A DNA stretch of 61,620 nucleotides, filler included, from Hausera hauseri (lineage: Eukaryota): NCBI GenBank assembly GCA_046269625.1. It is 11 parts of 11 records of this genome, joined end to end, with 100 filler letters (N's around TTAATTAATTAA, not from the genome) between each part and the next. Parts side by side here need not be neighbours in the genome. Positions count along the whole stretch, not along the records: positions 46,659 to 56,545 come from JBJURY010269952.1; positions 56,646 to 61,620 come from JBJURY010373703.1; 9 more parts are not named here. The stretch is one strand, 5' to 3'. Every line of letters begins with the position of its first letter. Positions within the stretch are counted from its first letter, which is position 1. Below the pieces are notes generated by a model, which worked only from the letters and a program-made list of their open reading frames with translations, ran no database searches and was not told the DNA's origin. The position numbers and the translations under genes were made by a program. Below are positions 49,270 through 61,450 of this stretch, piece by piece.

Positions 49270-52200
49270 ATGTCCACTTTTGCAAACCTAAATTTAGGAC
49301 GTTACTCCGGGGAAACTACGGAATTTGATGATTTTATGTTAGTATACGCGGCACAAGCAGACGGGTTAGAGTGGAATGATAAAGAGAAAATTAAGCGTTT
49401 GGTTGCACATTTGGAAGGAATTGCTTTACAAGCTTACTTGCAAATTGAGGAAAAGGAGAAAATGAGTTGGGATAAATTTATCGATGTACTTAGAAGAAAC
49501 TTGGATCCCGATCCATCTTCAAATGCAAAACTAAGAAGTCTACGATCTAGAGTACAATTACCTGGAGAATCTGTTAATAAATTTGCATTTGCCCTTCAAC
49601 TACTTGGTAAGCGATATAAGGAAGCCTTGGAGAAGGAAGACATTGTTAAAGATGATAAAAGTGCACCTAAGGTATTTGCAATGGAACCTATCCTAATAGA
49701 TTGTTTTATCACTGGACTTAATAGTCCTAAGTTACAGAGACAATTGATCGAAAGTGACGTCTCTACCCTGAGTGAGCTAATAAGAAAGGCAATAAATTTT
49801 GAAAATGTAGAAAACAAATTAAATCAAATTAATCAAAATTCAATCAATAACAATCAAATTTCAAGTAATAACTTTAGACCCCAAAATCAAAATCAAAATC
49901 TTAGACGGTCTATTCAGGCTTGGCGAACTCCATCATGGTCATATTGACAGGCCGGCTGGCAAGTTCCTTCGATACCGCGTTGGAGTCCGCCTCGTTGGAA
50001 TGTTGGTAATAACCCGAACGTTGATCAAAATTTATTTCCCAATATTGACCCGAATACTGTAAAATCACCTATAAGAACAAATCTGCAATCGCAAAGAATG
50101 AGCACTCCTATTAAAGACATGGCCGCCGGAGCAAATTTGAATAGAAAACAATGGATTAACCCTCCAGAACAGCAAAAACGATATCCTCTCCGATCACAAA
50201 CTACACAGCAACAAGCAATGGCGTTAGAAAGGGACAAAGTCAATTACAGAGGATTAATTCAGTGCAACCAATGTAAAAAATTTGGACATATTGCTAAGTC
50301 TTGCCCAGAAATTAAAAGAACACCGGTATTAATGTCACCTTATATTCAACAACCTAAGCAGTGCAATATCTGTGCACAATGGGGACATGTAGCTCGAAAC
50401 TGTCCAACCCAGGTAAGTATGATGAATGAAAATAGATTTTGTTATCATTGTAATCAAATCGGACATGTTTGGAAAGAATGCCCACTGTTAGAGAGCCACA
50501 ATAATTTGACCCTTATGCAGGATGATCCAAATTGTCTTGGAGTACAGTTCGATAATTTAGAAGACTATGAAAATTATGGAAATTGGTGGAATCAAGAATT
50601 TGATAATTCAGATTATTATGGGAATTATCAAAACTTGTGGAATCAAGGAGTATGTTACGATACTATACAATATGACCAGGATTTTGTTGAAACACAGATG
50701 GGAAATTCAGATAATTATGAAAGTTATGAAAATTTGTGGAATCAAGAAATAGATAATCCAGAGAATTATGGTAATTATCAAGAATCATGGAACCAAGGAG
50801 TAAATTACGATAATAGTGATGGGAATTGTCAGAATATGAATAATGTAGATATAGAATTTGAATTGAAACGATTGAGGGCTGAAACGGACGAAATGCGTAC
50901 TCAATTGGATAGATTGAAAATATTATATGGAAACCAAGTTGTTTTATTTGGAACTAAAAAGGAGACATTGGAGGATGGACGTAATACTGATAGTGACTGT
51001 GGACAGATGAAGTGTCCAAAAAAAGTAAAAATAATTGGACCGATGATACACGATGTGGGGTGTAAAGAAGATGAAATAACTCAGGATGACAATGATGCTG
51101 GAGTAGTTAAACGCTATGATATTAAAGGAAAATTTGTAGATAGTAATGATGACGGACCGCAAAGAGTTAATTATAGAAAGTGGTACTGTCAAGATAAAGA
51201 TGAATTAAATAATGGATCGAGTTCTATTGAAATAGATGTATGCGAAGTATGGAAAACAAACGATGTTGAAATTTCATTAGAAAATGAAGCTGTAGGTTTA
51301 AATGAAAATTGTTTGAGTATACTGACTCTTGATCCTAGTGATGATAGTGATAAAGACATGATTATTGAAACTGATTTTGATAACATAATATTGAGTAATG
51401 GAAATAATGACGGAAATGTTTCATCAAATGTAGAGGTTAATGAGAATTTAGATATTGTAAGTGATGGAAACTTTGATTTTAATAGGTGTTATAAGTTAAA
51501 TGAAACTATAGATCGTAAGGATTTATTGGAAGAATCATATGAGGAAATTGTTGATACTTTAGGTGTAGTTCGAAAATTTGAAAATTTGAAAAGTGAAATT
51601 CAGAAAATAGTTAATGATATTATTGACATTAATAGTTTTGATAAGGTAAGTTGGATAGATGATTCAGAAATAAAATTACATGACAGAATAAAGGAAGTAA
51701 ATATTGATCTTGGGAAAACTTTGGAAGAAAATATCGTTAATGTAGATTGTAATAAAGTAACTATGTTTGAAAACCAGTTTTCGATGATTAAACGCGATGA
51801 TGGAGTGGAGTTTGAGAAGTTTTGGAATAAAGCGGACATGAACTTGCGAAAAAGATTGATAAAGTTGAAATGTCCGGATGTATTTCAGAAAGATGATATA
51901 AACTTACAACGTTATGAAGATTTTATGGATAAGATGTCAGTTAAAAGGACAGAAATTCAGGTGGATTTGAAAAATTTCTTAAACCAGGTTCAAGAGAAAG
52001 GCTGTTTTGGTCTGGATAAAAATGCAGTAGAAAAGGACATTGAATTAGAAACACGTTGTAATCCCCGATGGTTTAGTGATTATTTTCGAAGATGCAAATA
52101 TAAATTTTACTCTATTGAGATAATTAAAAACATATATGAATTTCAAAAAATGCTTATGATTAAAGAACCTGACGTAATAAAGGTTAAGCAAATTCGGTAC

Positions 52201-52725
52201 TGTGAAAAGTCTTATAGAGTTTGTAACATAGAAATCCAATGTATAAGGCATGTGTTTAAAGTTGGCGAATGGGTTATAAAATTGGAGTTGAATTGGTTGA
52301 TAGTCCTGTTAATAAAGGTGAAAGAACCAGAGGAGGTATTGGAAAAGTTGGTATATTGGATGCTCTTGAATGGTCGGTTTCAAGCCGAACGAAATAAAAA
52401 GAACGACAGACGAGATGAGGCTGGAAAAATGATGACATTGATGAAATATGAGTTAAAAGTTTGGATTATGAGAAAACGATCAAGAAAACCCTCTTTTGCT
52501 CTCTTTCACATATGTGTGGTCGAAATTATCATTTCGGGCATAGTAATTATAGTATGCTTTTTCCTCGCCGTGTATTTTAAAAAATCTAACGAAACGTTTT
52601 ATGCGCAATATCTTAATGAATATGAAAACATACCACCGTATGATATTAATCTTAATCTAAACTACTTCGCACCCGACGAGATTGCCGGCAGACGGAATAA
52701 CGATGCCTACAGCAGTATTTTATGA
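49270..52725 (+). CDS. gag: Gag (capsid + 3 CCHC knuckles) extended by a long acidic region and fused in frame to the env TM/cytoplasmic tail; one TGA at 49945-49947
   Basis: YSGE..FDDF..WNDKEKI..HLEGIA, RVQLPGESVNKF and FITGL capsid motifs; knuckles CNQCKKFGHIAKSC, CNICAQWGHVARNC and CYHCNQIGHVWKEC. ORFs 49156 and 50098 share a frame. The last ~70 aa are nearly identical to the env tail at 47640-47857. Confidence 0.85.
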
Positions 52726-52806
52726 CAATTAAGATTTGCCACGACCTATTATTTTCAGGTGCGGGCATATATTTCTAATACCCACTTTTATTTTTTAGTG
52801 GCATCT

Positions 52807-54450
52807 ATGAATCCAAATAGTCAATCAGTATCCTCGACAGAATCCACTATAACCCCCAATGATGTGCAGTATCTACAACAATCACTAGACAAATATTCCA
52901 CTATCCGTGTAGAAACAGATTCAGCATCTATTGAACGTTCCCTGAATGATATTCACCCACCTCTATATCTTCTCCCACTTACCTCTCAACCTTATTCACA
53001 ATCACAACATTTCTTAACTTATTCACCTCCAATTCGAAATATTGCCCAAAGTCTGCAATTTGCAAGTTTAGAAAATATGCCTCGCTTACCTATTCACCTA
53101 CCTACAAAGGTACCCATTCCCTTTCTCTACGAAGTACTACGTTCACGTGCTGTATATAGATCGTTACGTATGGATAGAACGCTCCGTTACAGCACTATTA
53201 AATATCCTTCTACATTTACAATCCCAAATAAGTATAAAGGTAACAGTCTGCATGATCGGTGTATTGTAATTTCTTATTGGTCCCATAGTTATGGGCCTAC
53301 ATCCTTAAGGCAAGCCGTTGAGCAACTACTCTCTATCACGAATTTCCCATTGCAACCTCGTAATTTATTGTTAACTGTTGCTCAAGGTTCTATTGTACTT
53401 GAAGTTTCTAAACCACCGTTTCCTAAATTTAAACTTTATGCATCGTCTCAAAGGTCACTTTTATTGACGGAAAATATTTGGGACTCAGAATTATTGACCA
53501 TCTTAACAAGGGAAGCATCTATTCTATATCTTGAACTTGAATATGTAGATACCCCATTCTGGTATCAACATTTTTACGCCTCATCTAATGGAAAACTATC
53601 CTTTAAAGAATTAGATTGGCTTCCACAACCTCCGCCTCAAGCATTACACTCTTATATCCGTACTCCTAATCCTTATTCAATTAGCGACTTACTTTTTATA
53701 GGCTACACTATAGCCTTTTCAGGAACATTGCCGTTACTTATCCAAATATATTTAGCTGACCTTACCAATGATCCTAATGAACCATTGACAATAAGATACA
53801 AATCCTATATAAGACCCCGAGAGAAAATAGATAATATTGATAAGCATTGTCATGGTATCTCGTTGGATGATTTGGAGGGTTCACCGGATTTTGCATTATG
53901 CAGGGCCCATATTCAGCGTGCCATAATTGGCAGAGTAATAGTAACTTTCGATCCACAGTATCTTCTTAACCTTTTGCACCTACCCCCTACCCTATTATTA
54001 GGCCAATTAGATCTCAATATTAGCCATCATGGCTTCAAATCCTTCCTGTCCATATTTCGGTCTACCGAATATTATATTGCAGGCAAAATGAACGCTGAAT
54101 ACATGGTGTACATCGCCCATGACATCTATAAAGAAAGGAGACATTTTAATTCGCTCTCACCCCCTTGGCGCCCCAAATTATTACCTAACGTCATATCAAA
54201 ATGCCCAAATAAATTACCATCACAAATTCCCCATTGTTCTTGGTCAGACCTTTCCTTTTTAGAATATCCATCACTAGACCTTCCCTCTCATACATCACGT
54301 ATCCCAATAGATGCTGATAGCCCTCAAATGGCCACCTTACCGCTGAACCAGTACCACCGTCAAGCTTCAGAGATAAAGCAATCCAATCAAGCCCCAGTCA
54401 TTGATGATTTACATACATGGACAGATTCTATTATTCTAGACTCTCCATGA
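52807..54450 (+). CDS. Intact accessory ORF with degenerate DEDDh/DnaQ-like exonuclease fold, no RING
   Basis: 547 codons open from ATG 52807. YKSYIRPREKIDNIDKHCHGISLDDLEGSPDFALCRAHIQRAIIGRVIVTFD resembles the DnaQ/REX4 core. Confidence 0.75.
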   Translation: MNPNSQSVSSTESTITPNDVQYLQQSLDKYSTIRVETDSASIERSLNDIHPPLYLLPLTSQPYSQSQHFLTYSPPIRNIAQSLQFASLENMPRLPIHLPTKVPIPFLYEVLRSRAVYRSLRMDRTLRYSTIKYPSTFTIPNKYKGNSLHDRCIVISYWSHSYGPTSLRQAVEQLLSITNFPLQPRNLLLTVAQGSIVLEVSKPPFPKFKLYASSQRSLLLTENIWDSELLTILTREASILYLELEYVDTPFWYQHFYASSNGKLSFKELDWLPQPPPQALHSYIRTPNPYSISDLLFIGYTIAFSGTLPLLIQIYLADLTNDPNEPLTIRYKSYIRPREKIDNIDKHCHGISLDDLEGSPDFALCRAHIQRAIIGRVIVTFDPQYLLNLLHLPPTLLLGQLDLNISHHGFKSFLSIFRSTEYYIAGKMNAEYMVYIAHDIYKERRHFNSLSPPWRPKLLPNVISKCPNKLPSQIPHCSWSDLSFLEYPSLDLPSHTSRIPIDADSPQMATLPLNQYHRQASEIKQSNQAPVIDDLHTWTDSIILDSP

Positions 54451-54495
54451 TTTTTTTGTTGCGTAGTGGACAACGCTATCTTAGGCCCCCCCTTA

Positions 54496-55538
54496 TGTTG
54501 AAGACAGTAATTCAATTAATTAACTGTGAGGGAAGCAAGTTTTTTTGATTTGACTCACATTGATTGTTGTGAGATTGCTTTTGCCCTCGTTGAGTCTATG
54601 TGAAGCGCTTATGTAAAGTTGGTATTGTGACTGCAGCTGTTGCAATTATCCTTGTAAGGAATTCTATCACATTGTCTGCAGCATAATAGCTGCAATGATG
54701 AAGTCTAATTTTTTTCGTGTGCATGATATATATAAAAATGTATTGTAAACTAAAAAATAAAATATAGAAGTGTTATATGCGATTTTGACTTATTTATTTT
54801 CACGATCGTTGGCGCAATCTTTTCTACGATTTTACTGCAATAACATTGGTATTCGAATAGAAAAGGGAAAGAGGAGGACCATTGACTAGTTTGACGTGAA
54901 CCTAGTGGGTATAGTTTTTGGTTCTTTTATTTAAACTTGATTGTCATAAGATTTTCTTTTGTTGTTTTTTATTTATTGTTATTTAAAAGCACTTTTGGCC
55001 CCTAAATTCATCTGTTTGACAAAACTGTATGGTTGTACTAAATAACACGTGGACGATTCAGTGAATTGCCACGGTTGTTTGGTTGTCTGTAAAATATTTT
55101 TTGGAGAAATTGATAAAAGTATTGCTTGATTTTAATAACTGGGCCTAATTAGGTATCTCGTTCCGTCAGTCGGCACCAAAGCCTTGCGCTACGGGCGTCT
55201 CATTTGATAACAAAAGACAAAAATAAATTGAGTGTTGGGATACAAGTAATTATCTTTTGGTTATAGCAACCTGGTCATCCGAGTGCTCCACCTTTACAAT
55301 ATTTGTTAAACGTAACTGGGGAGTTCTCGTTTTGCTAGTCTAGTTGCTTTTAAGCTAATTTTTTTGGCGAAGCTTGTGACTTACGTAGATTAACTAGGAA
55401 TTACAAACTTGCTGTTTATACTGCTAATATAGATACAACTGAGAAATTTATTGGGTAAAAAGGGGCTGAAATAATAATATTAAATTGATTCTAAACTTAA
55501 AAAAAAGAGAAGGTTCAAAGAGTAAGCCAGAACCAACA
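54496..55538 (+). mobile_element. 3' LTR of the pol-less element
   Basis: TGTTG...CAACA ends and collinear similarity to 48145-49088 (e.g. GCAGCATAATAGCTGCA, GAATTGCCACGGTT, GGGCCTAATT, GCTGAAATAATAAT). Confidence 0.88.
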
Positions 55539-56645
55539 ATGTCAATAATTTTACAACATTGGTTATGTGTTCCCAAAAGAAACGGAAATTTCTCGTTATT
55601 CAGCAATTTTCAATCTCGATTCTAATCGACGCTACAGTCGATGCTACTATGTTCTCTCTTTCTCTTTTTGATTCGGTATTTATATACACTGGTTTGTTGG
55701 TGTAAGTGTTTACCTTTCGATTATTTCTAATTTTCTTACATATCTACTCATTAATTCTAATTGACATACACCATGCATTAATAATCTATATTTTCTAATA
55801 TGCCATTTATCACTCTTTATGAATACAAATCCAATAATTTTTCAGAAAAATCTACAACAACTAATCTATATACAGAATAATTGGCATATTTGTTTATGTA
55901 TTCCTCATATTTCGCAGCACATCAACTAACAATTAAAATGAATTAATCAATCTGTCCTCTTCAGTGCTATTTGACGTTTTAATTCATCTTGACAGCATTT
56001 TTTTGACGACATTTTAATGTTACACTATTCCCTAATTCTATAATACTAACTGTATTTAGGAAAAAAGGCTTCGTGCAAAAAGCACAGAATCCGAGGATAG
56101 AATATTGCAGAGATTGGCAGTTGCTCATCAGGAAATGGAATTCGGTAAATAATTCTGAATTTTAGCGAATTTGCAAATGTCATCGAATGTCCTTGATTCT
56201 TTACAAAAGTAGTATTTTTTAAGAACCTACATTTTATGCATTTAAAGTGAGATAAAATTGAATTTTTCTCATCAGATTTATGATCATTTTACAGTGATTC
56301 GCCTATTTGGACACTTAGTTCTATGGCACAGGAGTAGGGGGAAAATACCGCTTCTGGCTCAACCCCCCCGGGGGGGTCGGATCGATAAATCGATTTGCAC
56401 ATGTGCCGATCGATAGTGCACATGGAACACTATCGATCCATAAAGTGCTAGGCAACGGTTCCGTTTGGCACCGTTGCTAGGCACATTTTTGCACATTTCA
56501 CAAATCGATCGCTGCACAGTGCAGTATTGATCGAATCGATCGGGANNNNNNNNNNNNNNNNNNNNNNNNNNNNNNNNNNNNNNNNNNNNTTAATTAATTA
56601 ANNNNNNNNNNNNNNNNNNNNNNNNNNNNNNNNNNNNNNNNNNNN

Positions 56646-57600
56646 GTAGTGATGTACGCCACTAATTACGAAGAATTTTTGTAGCCGAAACGGAAATCAA
56701 TGTTAAAACATACAAACTCGAGATTCAAGATTTTCGAATTGAGGATTATTTGAAAAACAGGGACGAATATTTTTATTACAAAGGACAAGCTGGAATAACC
56801 GAACAATATGATAAAAGGATAACGAGCGATTGTAAATTAGACTAAATTAGCTTTAAAATATGCCGACCTCGAACAAGCATCACCAATAATTCAGATAAAA
56901 GGTGTTTTCGGTCGAGTTTCCGGAGAAGAGATACATGCAAGATGTTCCGGTATTATACCAAGATATGCCGAGATTGTTGACGCCAACTACTCTAATTTTA
57001 CTAGCAAACTCCACTTACCCAACAATTTTGAAGGATTGTAAACGAGTTTTGGAGAACCAGTGTTCAGACAGCGAAACCGATTGGGAGAGTTTATCAAATG
57101 GAGGCATAATCACTCCACCCATAAAGCTTACAGGAACTAATTTAATAAAATGTATAAGGAATGATAAATTTCAGGACAACGCAGCTAAAGAAATTTACAG
57201 ATCCGAAGAAGTTGAAGCGCTGAGACAATTTTTTGCTTTTCCACGTTAGCATATGCATGAATAAAAACCCAGCTATGCATACCATATTAGAAGATACGCG
57301 TTATCAAGCGAAAGAGGAATCGTTGCTGGGCGCTAACAACTATCAAATAATTACCACAGTAATTTTTCATAAAATTTGTGGAAAATATTTAATTTTTTGA
57401 CAACCGGCATCTGGATTTTTAGCAATCTATTTCTTAATTCAATTGGTTAAAGTAGTAATTCAAGCAGTTATAAACGGATACGAAATATTCACCCTAACAA
57501 GATTTTCGTGTAAAATTTTAACCACTATTGTAACGCCATTCGGAAAATTCTTAAAAACTTACGAAGAAAGTATGGAAAGTGGATGTTGAACGACATGTTG
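56646..57600 (+). pseudogene. env: Degenerate env C-terminal half with TM region
   Basis: Cys-containing ectodomain fragments, then YLIF*QPASGFLAIYFLIQLVKVVIQAVINGYEIFTLT (~57385-57500). Confidence 0.5.
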
Positions 57601-58199
57601 GTTACCATAATCGTAAACCGAAAAGACACGTATTTAATTAGAAGCAGAAGTTCATAAATATTAAAACGCAAAGAAGCGATTCTGATGATGACGAGCATAA
57701 GGGACGAGACGCCGTCTCCAGGATAAATAGACAAAAACTACTCCGACACAAAATCACCTTTACCAATATTACCGACAAATGCGTCGATATAAGAAGATTG
57801 TGAGAAACAGTCTATGAGATCATATCAAATGCATATCTATAGAAGACCATTCAGTTTTGAGGATTCTTACGAATGAACAAAACATTACAGTGTATTATTC
57901 AAAGTGCACGAAACGAAAGGAACATCTGCTGCGCATCGACATCTAGCCGTTGACAATCACAGAATACTTTATTTGCCTAGAATACCCAGAACGAGTGAAA
58001 TACAATCAATGTTTTCAAGAGGCTATGAAATGCAGACGTTTAGAATCCCAGAATCGCAACCGGTAACCAGAAGTCAAGAAACAGAAACCGTAAATCGCGT
58101 GAATAATGAACTGTATCCAAATGGAGAATTAAGACAGTTAATTGATCAACCAGTTGCAGCCACAGAAGTTAGAATCGATAATTCAAAATCTCAAAATAG

Positions 58200-61100
58200 C
58201 ACCGAATTGCTATGTTATGGTAATCGAAGGAAGACCCGTTGGTAAAATTCAGATAGAAGATTGGGAAGTTTACACACTAATAGATACGGAATCCGAGATA
58301 TCACTGATAAAACATGAATCGATACCACAAGTTTTACGAAAACAATTATATCCACCACAAACAACAGATTCAGGAAGCATCGTAGCGTTTGAGCAGTCGT
58401 CACAAAGTAAATATCCATCGAATCCGAAAACTCACTTAATGGGACAATCTTTTCACCACCAATTTTCAGTAATTGAACAAGTAGTGGACGATGTAGTACT
58501 AGGATGCGATTTGTTAATACAACTACAAAATGTAGCCATAGACTTTTATGCTGGAAAACTAATAGAACTTGGACCGATAAAAGGAGTAAAAACTACTAAG
58601 GATAGAAAATTAGGAGAAGTATGTATTCCGGTATATGAGAATATTCCACTCAGATCAGATATGTTAATATATGCTCAAATCCGTCAAAATGAAGAAGAAT
58701 CAGTACATTTTGAACCAAAAGAAACATTAAACCCGAGCATCGTACTCAGTATTATACTAACGAGTATCAACAGTCCATGTACCGGTCAGAATAGCTAATA
58801 ATGCGCCAACCGCAATTAAACGTATAGTTTCGTCAATAACTATCGGGGGAAACCCTACAAATGCGCCGAATTTCCACTTCATATCAAAACTAAATTCTCA
58901 CCGGAATCATACGGTCGCTATTATGAACTCTTGTGCCGTTATAAATCAATTATCGCACAGCCAAAGCCTTGAGATTAGCGATTCCACTCAAGAAAAAGCC
59001 TTGTTCAAATGGTGAAATCGATCTTGAAGAGCAGAAGATGCAAAAATGTTATTCGCCGCCGCATTCATTAAAGCCCGAAATAACAAAGGAAGTCAACGAA
59101 TGCTTAAAGCTGACATAATTAGACCGAGTTATAGATTTCGGTATTCGCCTATACTCATGGTTAAAAGGAAGGGTACCAAAAAAACAAGGATTCTTTTCCA
59201 TCACCATCAGTAAAAGAATCACTGGACAGACTGTGGAAAAAATGGTTTACCACACTAGACTTACGATCTGGATATTGGCAGGTAGAAATAGAAGACATTA
59301 TGCCATTCGGAATAACTAGCGGACCAGCTATTTTCACTCAAATGATGAAAATGCTGATGGGATTCGAACATGCATTTGCATATTTGCACGACGTAATAAT
59401 CGCGTGAAAATGGAAGAGGAACACTTAAAAGATATCGAAGATACGCTCATGAAAATGGAACAAGCAGGATAAAAAATCACTGTTAAACAAAATATCAGAC
59501 TGTACGGAACCCCAGAATGAAAAATAATTGAGAAATTCGTTAGGGTTATATGTGGATATTACGCTACCTACGTACCAGATAGCTCAACAATAAATGCATC
59601 CTTGTACTGTTTACTGAAAAAAGAATTGAATGGAAATGGACCGATGTTGAACAGAAGGCTTTCGATGCCAGTAAAGGTATTGGATGAGTTATCACAGAAA
59701 CCAAAATGGACGAAGACTTCCTCTATAATTGCCAGACCAATATCATATGTACAGACAGTCATCAATCGTTGCTTACCTTCCAAAAACCAAAGGAGACAAC
59801 CCTTCGTATGAGAGACAGCAGCGACTAGGAAGATGGTTGGATATGGGGAACTTGTCCAGGGTCATGTAAAGTTTCAAATACGATTCATTGATGGCACCAG
59901 CAAATTATTGAGAAAATGTGATTTCCCCTACGGAACCCAACGAAAATGTTGTGAAATAGAGTTTGGACGATCATACGGATATAACTTTCAAATGTTCTAT
60001 TATAATTTCCACAGAGCGCAAGCTTACAACTATCCCCACAACTCAACATTGACATGCCAAAGCGGGACGAAACTAGTCAAGCAAAGACCTCACAGACGAA
60101 TTTCGGAGGACAACATAATTGGGATTACAAAAGACAAAGAATAAAAGTATCCAAATTAAACTAAATCACGAGTGCCCGGTGATAGTCAAATCTCTATTCA
60201 ATTTATTCCGATAGGTAGAACCTTGTTGTAAAATTCCATTAGGACACGAGTATAAAATAAAATTCGATTTATACGCAATCCGACCAAAGGAATCAAGGAA
60301 TCAATATCGCCCAAAAACTGAGATATGGAAGATTTCATTGGAAGCGACAAGAAAGCTAATACTTGACACATAACAATAGAATCGTGTTTCGCTTTGAAGA
60401 GACATTAAAACTATAAAATTAAAACTGAATGTCGTAAATACCTTCCACTTATGCAGCAGCAACTTAGGTAATTATGAACTGGAATTCCGAATCGCCGCGC
60501 TTCCAGTAAAGCTCCACTTCGAAGTTATATCTCTACATCCAACTACCCCAATTAGTATTCCGACAGCAATCCACAGAGGAAAAATGTCCGTATAATGGCG
60601 GTAAATTATGTGGACACATCCAGTGATAAAGCAACGGATGCACAATATGAATCGGCCTCTACCCAATTTCAGTCGATGTTGGAAGTAATGAGTGGAAAAC
60701 ACTTCCGTATTGCAAAACTTTTAACAGCTTCCTCATATACCTTAGAGATATATACGTGCCGTTAAAAGGGGACCACGAATGGTCACCTAAGGACCCAAAA
60801 CAGAATCTCCAAAATTCGATGAATCCCAAAGAACTAACAACCATTTCCAAGTTACGATCGAAAATTCCCGGAACACCAATACGAACCAGAACAACCCCGA
60901 AACGAAAGCTGAAAATGCGATTCCAAGCTCAGTCCAATTCAGTAAAAGGCAGGTCAACGACGATCAATGGAACATTCAAGAAGTCCCAAATACCGGAACG
61001 AAAATTCAGTATAAGTAGAAATAAAACAATTGAATTTCACAAAGTACGAAAGTAAAAGAAACGAGAAAACCAACCAATTCCTTCAACATCGAATCCAAAG

Positions 61101-61450
61101 ACAGAAAATCGCATCCAATAGCGAAGACACCAAACGGGTACTCGAACGGACAAAAGCGTCTTTCGGCGAAATGATAAGTCGGAAGAAAAGGGGTCAATAT
61201 TCAAAAAACAGAATGAACGAAGTTAACACTTTACGAAGGGAAAACCCCGAAATTAACCGAAACGGCCGAAAAAATAGATCATGTAAAAGAATGGCCGAAA
61301 ATCCTAGTAATGGCAGAGTATGTAGCCGTGGGAAAATTAGAGGCACTATTTTACATGCATACGGCCCAAAACGAACACGCACACGCGAACCCCAAAATGG
61401 AAAAGTACCTAACCCCAGTAATCAGATACAAAATCGGGAGTAGAAAGTTA
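58200..61450 (+). mobile_element. Heavily deleted Gypsy element of the contig 3/9 family (PR, RT, env start, accessory ORF remnants)
   Basis: TLIDTESEISLI; WFTTLDLRSGYWQVEI; MPFG; AYLHDVII; SSIIARPISYVQ (matches contig 3); LYAIRPK; NYELEFRIAALPVK; MAVNY; FQSMLEVMSG..AKLLTAS; YLRDIY. Confidence 0.75.
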
